Source of the DNA: an uncultured delta proteobacterium
GTDB lineage: Bacteria; Desulfobacterota; RBG-13-43-22
NCBI GenBank assembly: GCA_963843145.1
Contig: CAWJJC010000010.1
Coordinates: 207,823-271,822 of the forward strand
Length of the DNA: 64,000 nt
Direction of reading: 5' to 3'
A model generated the notes under the pieces. The model worked only from the letters and a program-made list of their open reading frames with translations. It had not been told where the DNA came from and searched no databases. A program made the translations under genes and the position numbers. Within the stretch, counting starts at the first letter, position 1, and each line of letters opens with the position of its first letter. Positions 1 through 9,916 of the stretch are shown in pieces.

Positions 1-318
1 TGCGGTCACGCCGGTAAAAGTAATCGGGTTGGCGGGTGACCCGATCGCCACCAGGTTGCCCTGAACATAGAGTGTGCCTGGAGCGGTGAATTGTACGGTC
101 ACACCCGGATCGATGGTTAGCGTGACCCCACCGGGGATCGTGGCCCCGCCCGCGCAGACATCGTAGGGACTACCGGCTGGAGTCCAGGTGGTGGTGACGA
201 GCGATCCGCAGATGGCAGTCGGTGCTGCCTGGGCGGTTTGAATCATTTGGAGATGTTCGATCAAGAAGCATCCGATCAGGACCAGGATACCCAAGAAACA
301 AGCCTTTAATCCAGTCAT
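1..318 (-). CDS. Secreted parallel beta-helix repeat protein, N-terminal part (runs off window start)
   Basis: Translated by hand from ATG at 318: MTGLKACFLGILVLIGCFLIEHLQMIQTAQAAPTAICGSLVTTTWTPAGSPYDV...GVTLTIDPGVTVQF...LYVQGNLVAIGSPANPITFTG. Signal peptide (AQA/A) plus the WT..GSPY / LTIDPGV.V / L.A.G....PI.FT motifs of surface beta-helix proteins. Not in the ORF track because it has no stop in the window. Confidence 0.75.
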   Translation of the reverse strand, partial: MTGLKACFLGILVLIGCFLIEHLQMIQTAQAAPTAICGSLVTTTWTPAGSPYDVCAGGATIPGGVTLTIDPGVTVQFTAPGTLYVQGNLVAIGSPANPITFTGVTA

Positions 319-972
319 AAAATGAACCACCTCAACTTCGCCTGAAATAAAGAGTGCGATCCTCTTATGTAGGTTGAGCTATTCACCAGGGGAATTCTCC
401 CGGGCAGCATTATTAGCCCGGAGGTCTCCATTCCTATCCTCTACGCTTGTCCGGTATAATTTTATGCATTGAATAAAAAAGGATAAATAGGGTAAATACT
501 GCATTTTTAAGATGGAAACACAGTATTTTATGAAACAGGTTAGCCCCTAGTAATCCGGGAGGTAGCCTCCGGATAAACTGGAACAGAGCCGACAGATGCG
601 CTTTCGAGGAATATATGCGCGGACTGGCGCGGCCGGATGCTGCCGGGGCCCTCTTTTAGGTCATGGGCCGGAAGATTGAGGCTGGTTAGGATATTTAGAA
701 GGAAATTAGGCCGGGGAGAACTTCCTCGCGGATAATGGAAAGCCAAAGGCAAAGGGCCGAAAGAGACCGCAAGTCGTTTAGCGCCGGAAAGATTATCCGT
801 CCCCTACACCAGCCGGGACCATTCATCCGGTCGGCCTGACGAAATGGAATGTATTTCTTCTAAATTCCATGCAGAGGGGTCCCGGCCTCAACCTGCCCCG
901 GCGCCTCATCACGGATCAGCTTCTCACTTTTCTCCTCCGCGGCCCGGCCCACACGCATTGGTCCTTTCGTTA

Positions 973-1680
973 CTATCGATTGGCTACACCCAACCATTTT
1001 TCCAGTAGGCCGGGGTCGTCGGACAACGCGGCGCTGGAGCCAAAATGAACGATCCGTCCCCGCTCCAGTATTATCGCTTTATCGGTCAGTGGGAGTATTT
1101 GGCGGGCATGCTGCTCGACCAGGACTACCGCCATGCCGCCGGCTTGCATCATGGTTTGGACCGCGGCCAGCACCTCCTGGACGACAATGGGCGCCAGCCC
1201 TTCCAGCGGTTCGTCGAGCAACAGGAGCAGAGGATTAAGGACCAAGGCCCGGCCGATGGCTAACATTTGCTGTTCGCCCCCTGAAAGTTGATTGCCGAAA
1301 TTGCGCCGTGCCGCCTGCAGACGCGGGAATAGTTTGAACACGTCTCCCGGCGTCCAGGGACCCGGACGGGCCACCGCCGTCAGGTTTTCCTCGACGGTCA
1401 GCGAAGGAAAGATATCCCGTTCCTGGGGAACCCAGCCTAAGCCGGCCGCGGCCCGCTTGTGGCTCGGGACAAAAGTAATTTCCCGACCGCCAAACCAGAT
1501 CTGTCCGCCATGGACCTGGGTGGCGCCCATGAGGGTCGCCACCAGGGTGGTCTTGCCCATGCCGTTGCGGCCGAGAACGGCCACCGCCTCGCCCTCGGCC
1601 AGGGTCAACGACAGGGCCGAAAGCACCACGGACTGACCATACCCGGCGGAAAGGTCCTGGAGGCGTAACAGGTCACCCAT
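973..1680 (-). CDS. livF: Branched-chain amino acid type ABC transporter ATP-binding protein
   Basis: Walker A GRNGMGKT, LSGGEQQ signature, LLLDEP, VEQH. Confidence 0.92.
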   Translation of the reverse strand: MGDLLRLQDLSAGYGQSVVLSALSLTLAEGEAVAVLGRNGMGKTTLVATLMGATQVHGGQIWFGGREITFVPSHKRAAAGLGWVPQERDIFPSLTVEENLTAVARPGPWTPGDVFKLFPRLQAARRNFGNQLSGGEQQMLAIGRALVLNPLLLLLDEPLEGLAPIVVQEVLAAVQTMMQAGGMAVVLVEQHARQILPLTDKAIILERGRIVHFGSSAALSDDPGLLEKWLGVANR

Positions 1681-2425
1681 AGGCCGCCTCCCCTAAATAG
1701 ACCTTGCGCACCCGGGCGTCGGAGGCAATCACCTCGGGCGGGCCCTCGACGAGGACCGCCCCGGCGACCAGCACGGTAATCCGGCGGGCAAAGCGGAAGA
1801 CCAGATCCATGTCGTGCTCGATCAGCAACACCGCGACGGTGCTGGGCAGTTCGGCCAGGGTGCTATAAAGTTCAACCCCCTCCCCTTCGGGGATGCCGGC
1901 AGCCGGCTCGTCGAGCAGAAGCACGCGCGGGTGAAGGGCCAGGGCCAGGGCAATCTCGATCATTCGCTGCCGTCCGTAAGGCAAAGTCTTAGTGGGCCGG
2001 TGGGCACAATCGAGCAGGTGCAGACGATCCAAAAGCTCGGCGGCTTCGTCGATCGTTTCCGTATCCCCGGCCAGGCGAGACCACCAGCGGGCCGTGGTGC
2101 CACGCCGTTGGGCCACGGCTAAGGCGACACTTTCCAGGGGTGTCAGGCCCGGAAAAAGTTGATTGACCTGGAAAGTGCGTACGAGCCCGTGGGAGACCCG
2201 CTGATGTTGGGCTACTTCAGTGATGTCGACGCCGTTTAGGATCACCTTTCCGGCGTCCGGCCGGAGAACGCCGGTCAATAGGTTGACCAGAGTGGTCTTG
2301 CCGGCACCGTTGGGACCGATCAGCGCCTGGCGAGCGCCCTGTTCGACTGTCAGGGAAATGTCATGGGCGACCATCAAACCGCCGAATTGCTTTCTGAGAC
2401 CCTTGGTTTCCAAAGCCGACTGCAT
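1673..2425 (-). CDS. livG: Branched-chain amino acid type ABC transporter ATP-binding protein
   Basis: GPNGAGKT, LPYGRQR, LLDEPAAG, IEHDM, VRKVYLG; start reassigned to MQSALETK (2425), just after the livM stop. Confidence 0.9.
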   Translation of the reverse strand: MQSALETKGLRKQFGGLMVAHDISLTVEQGARQALIGPNGAGKTTLVNLLTGVLRPDAGKVILNGVDITEVAQHQRVSHGLVRTFQVNQLFPGLTPLESVALAVAQRRGTTARWWSRLAGDTETIDEAAELLDRLHLLDCAHRPTKTLPYGRQRMIEIALALALHPRVLLLDEPAAGIPEGEGVELYSTLAELPSTVAVLLIEHDMDLVFRFARRITVLVAGAVLVEGPPEVIASDARVRKVYLGEAAYG

Positions 2426-2427
2426 CT

Positions 2428-3483
2428 TCAATCTCCCGGGTGCCCGGCTTCGCCCGGCCCAGGCCGATGCAGAAAGGACAGGCCCCTTGAGGCCAGTCCC
2501 ATGAGTCCACCCCGGGCCAGGAAGACGAGGGCGATGAAGGCAATTCCGATCCAAAACTGCCAGTATTCGGGGCTGATGTCGGAGAGCCAATACTGGGCGA
2601 CGATCAGCGCCAGGCTTCCCACCAGGCCGCCGTAAAGCGTACCGGCTCCCCCGAGCACAACGACCAACAGTACCTCGGCCGATTTCCCGAAGGAGAGCAC
2701 GTCGAGGGAGACGAATTGCGTGGTCTGTGTCAGGAGGGCCCCGGCGATGCCGGCCAGGGCGGCCCCCAGGGTATACACGACCACCAGACGCCGGACCACG
2801 GGGGTGCCCAGGGCATGCATGCGTCGTTCATTTTCCTTGATGCCGCGCAAGGCCAGGCCGAAAGGAGAATGGACGAAGCGCCGGACCAGAAGAAACGAAA
2901 GGAAGAGAACGATCAGGCTGTAGAGGTACGCCGTGCGACCGTACAGACCGAAACCCCAGATCCCCAAGATGGGCCGGACCGTTACCCCCTGAAGTCCATC
3001 GGCGCCGCCGGTGAGCCCATGCAGCTTATTGGCCAACTCCAGCAACATGAGGCAGATACCGAGGGTCACCATAAGCCGGGTGAGATCCGAGCCGCGCAGG
3101 ACCAGGAAGCTGGTGGCAAAACCGACAAGGGCGGCCGCCAGACCCCCGATCACCAGCCCGCTGAGGGGTTCGCCCCAGCCCTGCTGGGCCAAGATCCCGG
3201 CCGCGTAGCCTCCCAGTCCGAAAAAGGCCGCGTGTCCCAGCGAAATGATGCCGGCATAACCGAGAATAAGGTCGAGGGAGAGGGCAAAGAGGCCCATAAT
3301 GGCCACACGACTCAGCAGGACCAGTTGCCGCGGAAAGAGGAAGTAAGCGGCTATCGTCAGAACCCAGAAGACGATCTCCAGGGGTCGCCAGGAAGCCGCG
3401 GCCTGAAGAGGCGCGGCTGCGGTCCGATACCGAATTCGGCGGCTCTGCGCCAGGGGCGACTCCCTGGGGTCTGAACCGGTCAA
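2428..3483 (-). CDS. livM: Branched-chain amino acid type ABC transporter permease
   Basis: GYAGIISLGHAAFFGLGGY, TGGADG, SPFGLALRGIKENE motifs; multiple TM segments. Confidence 0.92.
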   Translation of the reverse strand: MTGSDPRESPLAQSRRIRYRTAAAPLQAAASWRPLEIVFWVLTIAAYFLFPRQLVLLSRVAIMGLFALSLDLILGYAGIISLGHAAFFGLGGYAAGILAQQGWGEPLSGLVIGGLAAALVGFATSFLVLRGSDLTRLMVTLGICLMLLELANKLHGLTGGADGLQGVTVRPILGIWGFGLYGRTAYLYSLIVLFLSFLLVRRFVHSPFGLALRGIKENERRMHALGTPVVRRLVVVYTLGAALAGIAGALLTQTTQFVSLDVLSFGKSAEVLLVVVLGGAGTLYGGLVGSLALIVAQYWLSDISPEYWQFWIGIAFIALVFLARGGLMGLASRGLSFLHRPGPGEAGHPGD

Positions 3484-4343
3484 GACGTGGCTCTTCTGCC
3501 GAAGAGGCCCTGGGGCCGCCAGATGAGCATAACGACCATGACGGCATAGATGATAAAGGCCCCGATTTCGGGGATGTAGTACTTACCGGCCACATCGAAG
3601 ACGCCCAGGATGAGCGCCGCAGCCAACGGGCCGCCTACGGTACCGGTCCCGCCCACGGCGACGACGATCAAAAAATAGACCAGGAACTTTACCGGAAAAG
3701 TCGGGTCCAGGTTGAGGATTTCGATCCCCAGGGCTCCGGCCAATCCGGCCAGTCCCGATCCTAAGCCGAAGGTGATAGCGAAGAGACGATTGACATTGAT
3801 GCCCAGGCCCCGGGCGACACGTCCATTATCGACGGCGGCACGCAGCCGGCTGCCGAAGCGGGTCCGCATCAGGCCCAGGTGGAGGAACAGGGCGATGAGG
3901 CCGCAAAGCCCGATCAGGAAGAGGCGGTAGACTCCGACGTCGAAGCCGGAGAAGACGTGAAACTGCCCTTGCAGGAATGAGGGAACTTGAATGATCTGAT
4001 GTTGAGAGCCCATGAAATAGGCGGCGGCGGCCATGGAGGCAAAGACGATCCCAATGGTGAACAGCACCTGATCCAAGGGATGGGCATTGTACAGGCGAAC
4101 GTAGAGGGTGCGCTCCAGGATCACCCCGGCCAAGGCCGAAACGATGAAGGCTACGGGCAGACAAAAGAGGAAAGGCAGGCCCCAGTGGTTCAACAGCACC
4201 ACGGCCACATAACCGCCTAACATGGCGAACGAACCGTGGGCCAGATTGACGAAGTTCATGATGCCGAGGGTCACGCTTAACCCGAGGGCCAGCAGGAATA
4301 GCAAAGCCCCCGAGGAAACGCCATCAAAGAGGACGGTCAACAT
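3480..4343 (-). CDS. livH: Branched-chain amino acid type ABC transporter permease
   Basis: GIMNFVNLAHGSFAMLGGY, TRFG..LRA, RPQGLFG. Confidence 0.92.
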   Translation of the reverse strand: MLTVLFDGVSSGALLFLLALGLSVTLGIMNFVNLAHGSFAMLGGYVAVVLLNHWGLPFLFCLPVAFIVSALAGVILERTLYVRLYNAHPLDQVLFTIGIVFASMAAAAYFMGSQHQIIQVPSFLQGQFHVFSGFDVGVYRLFLIGLCGLIALFLHLGLMRTRFGSRLRAAVDNGRVARGLGINVNRLFAITFGLGSGLAGLAGALGIEILNLDPTFPVKFLVYFLIVVAVGGTGTVGGPLAAALILGVFDVAGKYYIPEIGAFIIYAVMVVMLIWRPQGLFGRRATS

Positions 4344-4373
4344 GGGATCGTCTGCTGTTTTGCCGATCGACGA

Positions 4374-5543
4374 TTACTTCCCGCTTGGGGGTACCGAGGC
4401 GATATGGTCGAACTCGACATTGAACAAATGACCGCCTACTCGCTTCACCTCGCGCATATAGACATCTTGGACGATATCGCGGGTCCGCGGATCGATGCTG
4501 ACCGGGCCGCGGGGGCTGACCCAGCTTAAGCCCTTGGCCGCGGCGATGAATTTGTCGCCTTCGGCCGAGCCATTGGTCTTCTTCAGGACCCGGTAAATCA
4601 AATCCATGCCATCCCAGCCACCGACGGCCATGAAGTTCGGCCGCATACCGGGGTTGGCTTTCTCGAAGGCGGCCACGTAGGCCTTGTTCTCGGGTGAAGG
4701 ATGGGCCGCGGAATAGTACTGCGAGGTAATCGTCCCGATAGCCGGATCCCCCATGGAGTCCAGGATGTCGTCATCCGTCATGTCGCCCGTGCCGATGAGC
4801 TTGATGCCGGCCTTGGACAGACCACGCTCGGCGAACTGCTTCATCACCGCGGCACCCTGGCCGGAGGGAACGAAGACAAACAGGGCCTGGGGTTTGGCAT
4901 CTTTGGCCCGTTGGACAAAGGGCGCATAGTCGGGATTCTGAAGGGGAACCCGGGCGCTGCCGACCACTTTCCCTCCGTTTTGTTCGAACACCCGCTTAAA
5001 GCTGGTCTCCGCGTCAATGCCCGGCGCGTAGTCGCTTATCAGCGTGAACACCGTCTTAATACCGTGCTGGGAAGCCCAAACCGCCAGCGGAGTGGAATTT
5101 TGGGGCAGCGTACCCGAAGTGCGTAAGATATAGGGAGACTTCTCCGGGATAACCAGGGTCATGGCCGACATAACGATCATGGGGGTCTTGGCGAGCGTGG
5201 CGATCGGGGCCGCCGCGAAGGCCAGCGGTGTCAGCCCAAATCCGGCCAGGATTTCGGCGTGATCATTGGTGACCAGTTCCTGGGCGAAACGTTTGGTGGT
5301 CTCCGGCACGCTGGTATCATCCCGCAGTAAGAGCTCGATCTTGCGGCCGGCCACCACATTGCCGTGCTCGGCCAGATAAAGCTTGACGGCCGCAACGACC
5401 TGCTTGCCGGTCGAGGCAAAAGGTCCGGTCATCGGGAGAATCAGACCGATCTTTAGGGGTTGTTGGGCCATGGCCCTTTCAGATAAAAAAACGGACGCGG
5501 ACAGAAAAACCAAAAATAAAGTGAAGAACAATCTTATTCTCAT
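4374..5543 (-). CDS. ABC transporter substrate-binding protein (Liv/Peripla_BP_6 family; resembles aromatic-acid binding subgroup)
   Basis: Signal peptide (AMA/QQ), LKIGLILPMTGPFA, SDYAPGID, SPRGPVSIDP.TRDIVQ; first gene of the liv operon. Confidence 0.88.
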   Translation of the reverse strand: MRIRLFFTLFLVFLSASVFLSERAMAQQPLKIGLILPMTGPFASTGKQVVAAVKLYLAEHGNVVAGRKIELLLRDDTSVPETTKRFAQELVTNDHAEILAGFGLTPLAFAAAPIATLAKTPMIVMSAMTLVIPEKSPYILRTSGTLPQNSTPLAVWASQHGIKTVFTLISDYAPGIDAETSFKRVFEQNGGKVVGSARVPLQNPDYAPFVQRAKDAKPQALFVFVPSGQGAAVMKQFAERGLSKAGIKLIGTGDMTDDDILDSMGDPAIGTITSQYYSAAHPSPENKAYVAAFEKANPGMRPNFMAVGGWDGMDLIYRVLKKTNGSAEGDKFIAAAKGLSWVSPRGPVSIDPRTRDIVQDVYMREVKRVGGHLFNVEFDHIASVPPSGK

Positions 5544-5697
5544 GACTCTCCTCTCTTTTGGTCAGCAATCATGACCGTCATGGTGAAAGTTGATTTAACA
5601 GAAGGTCTAGGATAAAAGAAACTCCCTAATCACGAGTGAACCGTCTTCGCCTTATTGGTGAAATTGGCCGGGGAAACAGTTCGTTTAAGCCGGGAAA

Positions 5698-5726
5698 AGT
5701 ATAGGAAAGGGGAAATAGAGAGTCAA
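5698..5726 (-). promoter_or_regulatory. Sigma70-type promoter for the ABC transporter operon
   Basis: Minus strand reads TTGACT-N17-TATACT about 150 nt upstream of the binding-protein start. Confidence 0.6.
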
Positions 5727-6020
5727 GGGGAAAAAAACGGACGGTTATTCGTCCTTTTTTGAAGCCCGGAGTACCTCTGGAAAACCCCTTTGTCGAGACC
5801 CGACGGCCATACCAGATAGGCGGGGGTACCCGCCCAAAAGGGCGAAGCGTTAAATAGACAGCCGCAAAACAGAAAGGATGCCCTTCAATAAAGTGGCTCT
5901 GACTGACCCGCCGCTAAATCGGGCTCGCCGCAATGGCGCCGGATTCGCGGCGAGAACCCACGAAGCCCAAGTCGATAACGGCTTACCCGGCTAGGTTCAG
6001 GCCGGGTGCTCCCTCCCCAG

Positions 6021-7734
6021 TTATTTCACCGGGGAGGCATCCCACTCCCCTTCCCGTCGCAATTGTTCCACGATGGGCTGGGCCAGCTTCTGCAGGGCCA
6101 GCTTGTCCACTTTGGTGCTGCGGGTGATTGGGAATTCCCGGCCGGCGGGCCAGAGCTCCACATGCTGGGGCCGCTTGTAGGAGGCGATTTCCCGGCAGTG
6201 GGCCAGCACTTCCTCGGCGGTCAGCGCCGCCCCCGGGAGGAGGCGCACAAAGGCAAAGATCCCCTCGTCAAAAAGCCGATGTTCCAGACCCACCACTTCG
6301 GCCACTTCCACCCCGGGCAGCCGGCCGATGTGGGCTTCGACCTCATCCGGAAAAACGTTATAACCTTTTTGTTTGATCACGAACTTCCGCCTCCCGGCCA
6401 GAAAGAGGGCCCGGTAGGTTCCCAGGTTTTTGAAGGAGCCGAGGTCCCCGGTATAGAGGATCCCTTCTCTGGAAATGGTTTTGGCCGTTTCCTGAGGCTG
6501 GTTGTAGTAGCCGAGGAACACCAGGGGTGGATGGTAGCAGATCTCCCCGATCTCCCCTTCAGGGAGTTCCTCCCCGGCGCTGCCGTCCGGGTTCATGGGC
6601 CTGCGGACCGTAACGGCCGCCAGGTCGGGGAAGGCCCGCCCCACCTGGCCGACCATTTCCTCCGGCGGAATATCCTTCGGGGTAAAGGTGGCGAAGCCGG
6701 CATTTTCGGTCATGCCGATACCGGTGCCGAAATGGGGAGCCATGCCGGAGAGTTTTTTCAGGAAGGCCAGATCCACCGCCGAACCGGCATAGGCCACGAA
6801 GCGCAGGCTGCTCAGATCGAGACCGGGATAGTCGGGATGATTCCAGAGCATCCGGTACTGGGTGGGGATCTGCCCGAGGACATTGACCCGGTGCTTGGGA
6901 ATGGCCTCCAGGGTCATCTTGACATCAAAGATGCGCAACAGGACGGTCGTGCCCCCCAGGGCCATGGTGGTCATGAAACATTCGGTCAGACAGCCCACGT
7001 GGCTGGGAGGCAGGTTGATCAGGATACGCAGGTCGCTGCCCAGTCCCACGTCCAATCCCCGGGCCAGGATCTCGTTCTGGGTGATGATGTTCTCGTGGCA
7101 GAGCAGGGCCGGTTTGGGATCGCCGGTTGTCCCGGTGGTATAGATGATCAAGGCCGGGGTCCGGGGTTTGACCTGTCGATAAGCCTTTTCCAGCCTCCGG
7201 GTGAAGAGGTCCTTGATTTTCAAAGCCAGGAGCTTCTTCTTGTCCATCATCCCGGTGATCGACCAGGCCCCGTCCAGGAGTTCCCCGGGCTTCGGGTCGG
7301 CCGTAAACTGCACCAGAAATTCGACGGAAGGGACAGTGCGCTTTTACCGCTTGGCCGACCTGGCGGAAATCTCGGACCGGGGTCTGTCCCAGGAAGAAAA
7401 AGACCTTGGGGTTGATTTTGTTCAGGTCCCGGACGACTTCTTCATCCTTGAGGCGCAGGTCCAGCGGGGAAACAATGGCTCCGATCTTAAAACAGGCGTA
7501 CATCAGCATCAGGTGTTCCGGAATCAAAACCAGTTGGGTGGCCACGCGGTCTCCCTCCCGGACACCCATATCCAGCAGACGCAGGGCGAAGAAGTCGATC
7601 AGGGAAAGAAACCGTTTATAGGATACGGTTTTGCCGTCCTCGTGCTGGATCATGGCCGGTTTATCCGGAAAGGTTTTCGCCCAGTGCTCGATATAGGAAT
7701 TGACCAAGGGTAATCTAACAAAAGGGGTGGTCAT
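6021..7734 (-). CDS. Acyl-CoA synthetase (AMP-forming), frameshifted near 7330
   Basis: N-part in ORF 6925..7734, C-part in ORF 6021..7313 with YTTGTTGDPK, GMTENAG, YTGDLG, GYNVFPDEVE, TKVDK. Removing one base in the CCCTT run restores HCPSVEFLVQF, so likely a sequencing error. Confidence 0.88.
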
Positions 7735-7816
7735 GTTTCCTCCTTATATTAACGGTCACGAAATAATATTGACAGGATTCCTTAACGCCGCCAGTCACAA
7801 CGTAAGACAAAAGACG

Positions 7817-8027
7817 ATCTCTCGCAGAGCGCACAGGGATCGCAGAGAATATATAATTTTTGATTGCCGCTGAGAGGCCGGCAATCAAAAAAAATCTCCC
7901 GCTCCGCGAATGAGACCCCGCCGGAGGCGTGAGTTTTTTTGAAAAATCGGCGTCTCAGCGATTTTTCAAAGACTAAAATCATCTTTCTCTGCGCCCTCTG
8001 AGAACTCGAGCGAAGCGGGCGAGAGAT
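7817..8027. repeat. Multi-hairpin palindromic element (MITE/REP-like or structured RNA)
   Basis: Outer IR ATCTCTCGC/GCGAGAGAT; second IR CGCAGAGAA/TTCTCTGCG; perfect 13-bp hairpin 7857-7891 and perfect 12-bp hairpin 7938-7970. Confidence 0.75.
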
Positions 8028-8121
8028 AAAAAGAACCCTCCCTGTAAATACAAGTCGAAAAACGACTTTCTGCGAGGCGGGACTCTCCCGCCACTTGAAG
8101 TAAATTCAAGTGGTCCCACCC

Positions 8122-9021
8122 TCACCCACTTTCGGTGAGTCCGTCATTTTTTATGAAGGCGTAGCCTTTGCTGATGGCCGGCTGCCCTTCCGCGTTCTGG
8201 ACGATAAAATACAGATCGGTCCCTTCGGGCCGGGGGAGTTTTCCGACTAGACCAATCCGAATGGAGGTCCCGGGCAGAACCATACCGCTGAACCGGCCGG
8301 AGAAGGCCCCGAGTCTCCGGGGATCCTTCCCGGCTTCCCGATTCAGGATCTCCCGGGCGGCCAGGGCCAATGTGGCGGTTCCCTGGAGGATGATCCCGGG
8401 CAGCCCGACCCGGCGGGCAAAGCTTCGCGAGGTATGGATGGGGAAGAAGATATTGGTACAGCCGTCGTAGAGGAAGGGCCGCAGGGTGTCGATGGGCAGG
8501 GTCGTTTCCCAGAGGGCTCGGTCCGCCTCCGGGACGGATGGGATCGCCGGGAGGGCCTCCTGCCCCTGCCCGTCCCCGGTGCAGGACACTCCCCGCATCA
8601 AGGCCCCGGTATGCTCGGTGAAAACCCGTTGGCCCTTCTGGTCCGAAGCCTCAAAGCAGATCACTACCCGGGTCCCGGCCCGATGGGGCAGGATGGCGGC
8701 GATCTTCCCCTGAACCGTCAAGTGATCTCCGGGCCGCGCGGGGCGATGGAAGACCAGGTGCTCGGTATGGTGGACCTGGGTGAAGAGGACCTCCGGTGGA
8801 AACCGCTCGCTGTCGATAAATTCCCAGATCCGCTCCAGGATGGGCCAGGTAACAGCCACGCTGAAAAGCGGTGGGGCGACAATCCCCGGATCGCGCTCGT
8901 CGTCAAAATACCAGGGATTGTCATCCCCCACGGCGGCAGCGTAATTCATCGTCTCCCGCCAGGTCACTTCCCGGTCATAGGGTTTCAGCATCGTTCCGAC
9001 CAGGTCTGAACTCAGGTTCAT
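8122..9021 (-). CDS. Double hot-dog MaoC/enoyl-CoA hydratase 2-like protein
   Basis: YAAAVGDDNPWYFDD, APPLF, H.EHLVFHRP, FPIH, GLPGIILQG, RFSGMVLPG. Confidence 0.82.
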   Translation of the reverse strand: MNLSSDLVGTMLKPYDREVTWRETMNYAAAVGDDNPWYFDDERDPGIVAPPLFSVAVTWPILERIWEFIDSERFPPEVLFTQVHHTEHLVFHRPARPGDHLTVQGKIAAILPHRAGTRVVICFEASDQKGQRVFTEHTGALMRGVSCTGDGQGQEALPAIPSVPEADRALWETTLPIDTLRPFLYDGCTNIFFPIHTSRSFARRVGLPGIILQGTATLALAAREILNREAGKDPRRLGAFSGRFSGMVLPGTSIRIGLVGKLPRPEGTDLYFIVQNAEGQPAISKGYAFIKNDGLTESG

Positions 9022-9127
9022 GAAGGTCTCCCATTGGTACGAAAAACCACTTCGTGATTTAAAATTCGGTGTTCGATATTCGAACTTCGTTTTTTCCTTT
9101 TCATATTAAACCGTTTTCCCTTGAGGC

Positions 9128-9916
9128 TCAGGATCGGCCTTCCTCGGCCAGGCAGGCGGCGCCAAGGGCGGCGGTGAGCCGAGGGGTCTCCGGAACCCGC
9201 ACCTCCAAACCCAGGGCCTCGCTGACGACCCGGACCAGGCCGGTGTCTTCGGCCCCGCCGCCAGTGAGAACCACCTCCGGCTCCATTTTCACCCTTTTGG
9301 CCAGCAGGGCCACTTTGGCGGCCATGGCGCGATGCACGCCGGCCAGCAGGTCTTCCGGACGGGCGCCTTCAGCCAATCGCGAGACGGTCTCCGATTCGGC
9401 AAAGACGGCGCAGTTGGTGGAAAATTCCACCGGCCTTTCCGATTTCAGGGAAAGTGGGCCGATGGCTTCCCATTCGATCTGCAGGATACGGGCTATGATC
9501 TTCAGGAAGCGGCCGGAGCCGGCGGCGCATTTTTCGCTGATCAGGAAATCGACCACCCGGCCCTCGTTGTTCAGCTTGGCGGCTTTGGTGAACTGCCCGC
9601 CGATATCGATCACGGTGCGGGCCGCTGGGAAGTGGAAACGGCAGCCCCTGGCCTGGCAGGATATGTCGGACACCGTCCGGGCCGAAAAGGGGGCGCTTTC
9701 CGCTCCGACACCGGTGACCACAATGCCGGCGAGTTGTTCCCGGTTCAGCCCGGCCCGGGCCAAGGCCGCCTCCAACACGCCTCGGGCCGTTTCCCGGTAG
9801 CGCCCCCCGGAAGGACACATTTCGGAAGCCAGGATTTTTTGACCGCTGAGCAGCACCGCCTTGATAAAGGCCGAACCGATATCCACTCCGGCAAAACAGG
9901 CGGGCGCTTTGCTCAT
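9128..9916 (-). CDS. Acyl-CoA dehydratase/reductase activase (ASKHA ATPase, [4Fe-4S]), degenerate nucleotide motifs
   Basis: GVDIGS, IDIGGQ, KCAAGSGRFL, CAVFAESE, TGGGA, AALGAA. Confidence 0.88.
   Translation of the reverse strand: MSKAPACFAGVDIGSAFIKAVLLSGQKILASEMCPSGGRYRETARGVLEAALARAGLNREQLAGIVVTGVGAESAPFSARTVSDISCQARGCRFHFPAARTVIDIGGQFTKAAKLNNEGRVVDFLISEKCAAGSGRFLKIIARILQIEWEAIGPLSLKSERPVEFSTNCAVFAESETVSRLAEGARPEDLLAGVHRAMAAKVALLAKRVKMEPEVVLTGGGAEDTGLVRVVSEALGLEVRVPETPRLTAALGAACLAEEGRS

Noticed and set aside
745-820. GGCAAA...GAAA...CGCAAG resembling a c-di-GMP-I riboswitch
   Set aside because: The P2 stem does not pair properly, the GACGCAAAGC core is incomplete, and no gene follows on the + strand.
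540-960. Short ORFs in the gap after livF (70 aa at 540-752 and a ~32-aa ORF starting near 958)
   Set aside because: No recognisable motifs and no coding support beyond a possible SD.
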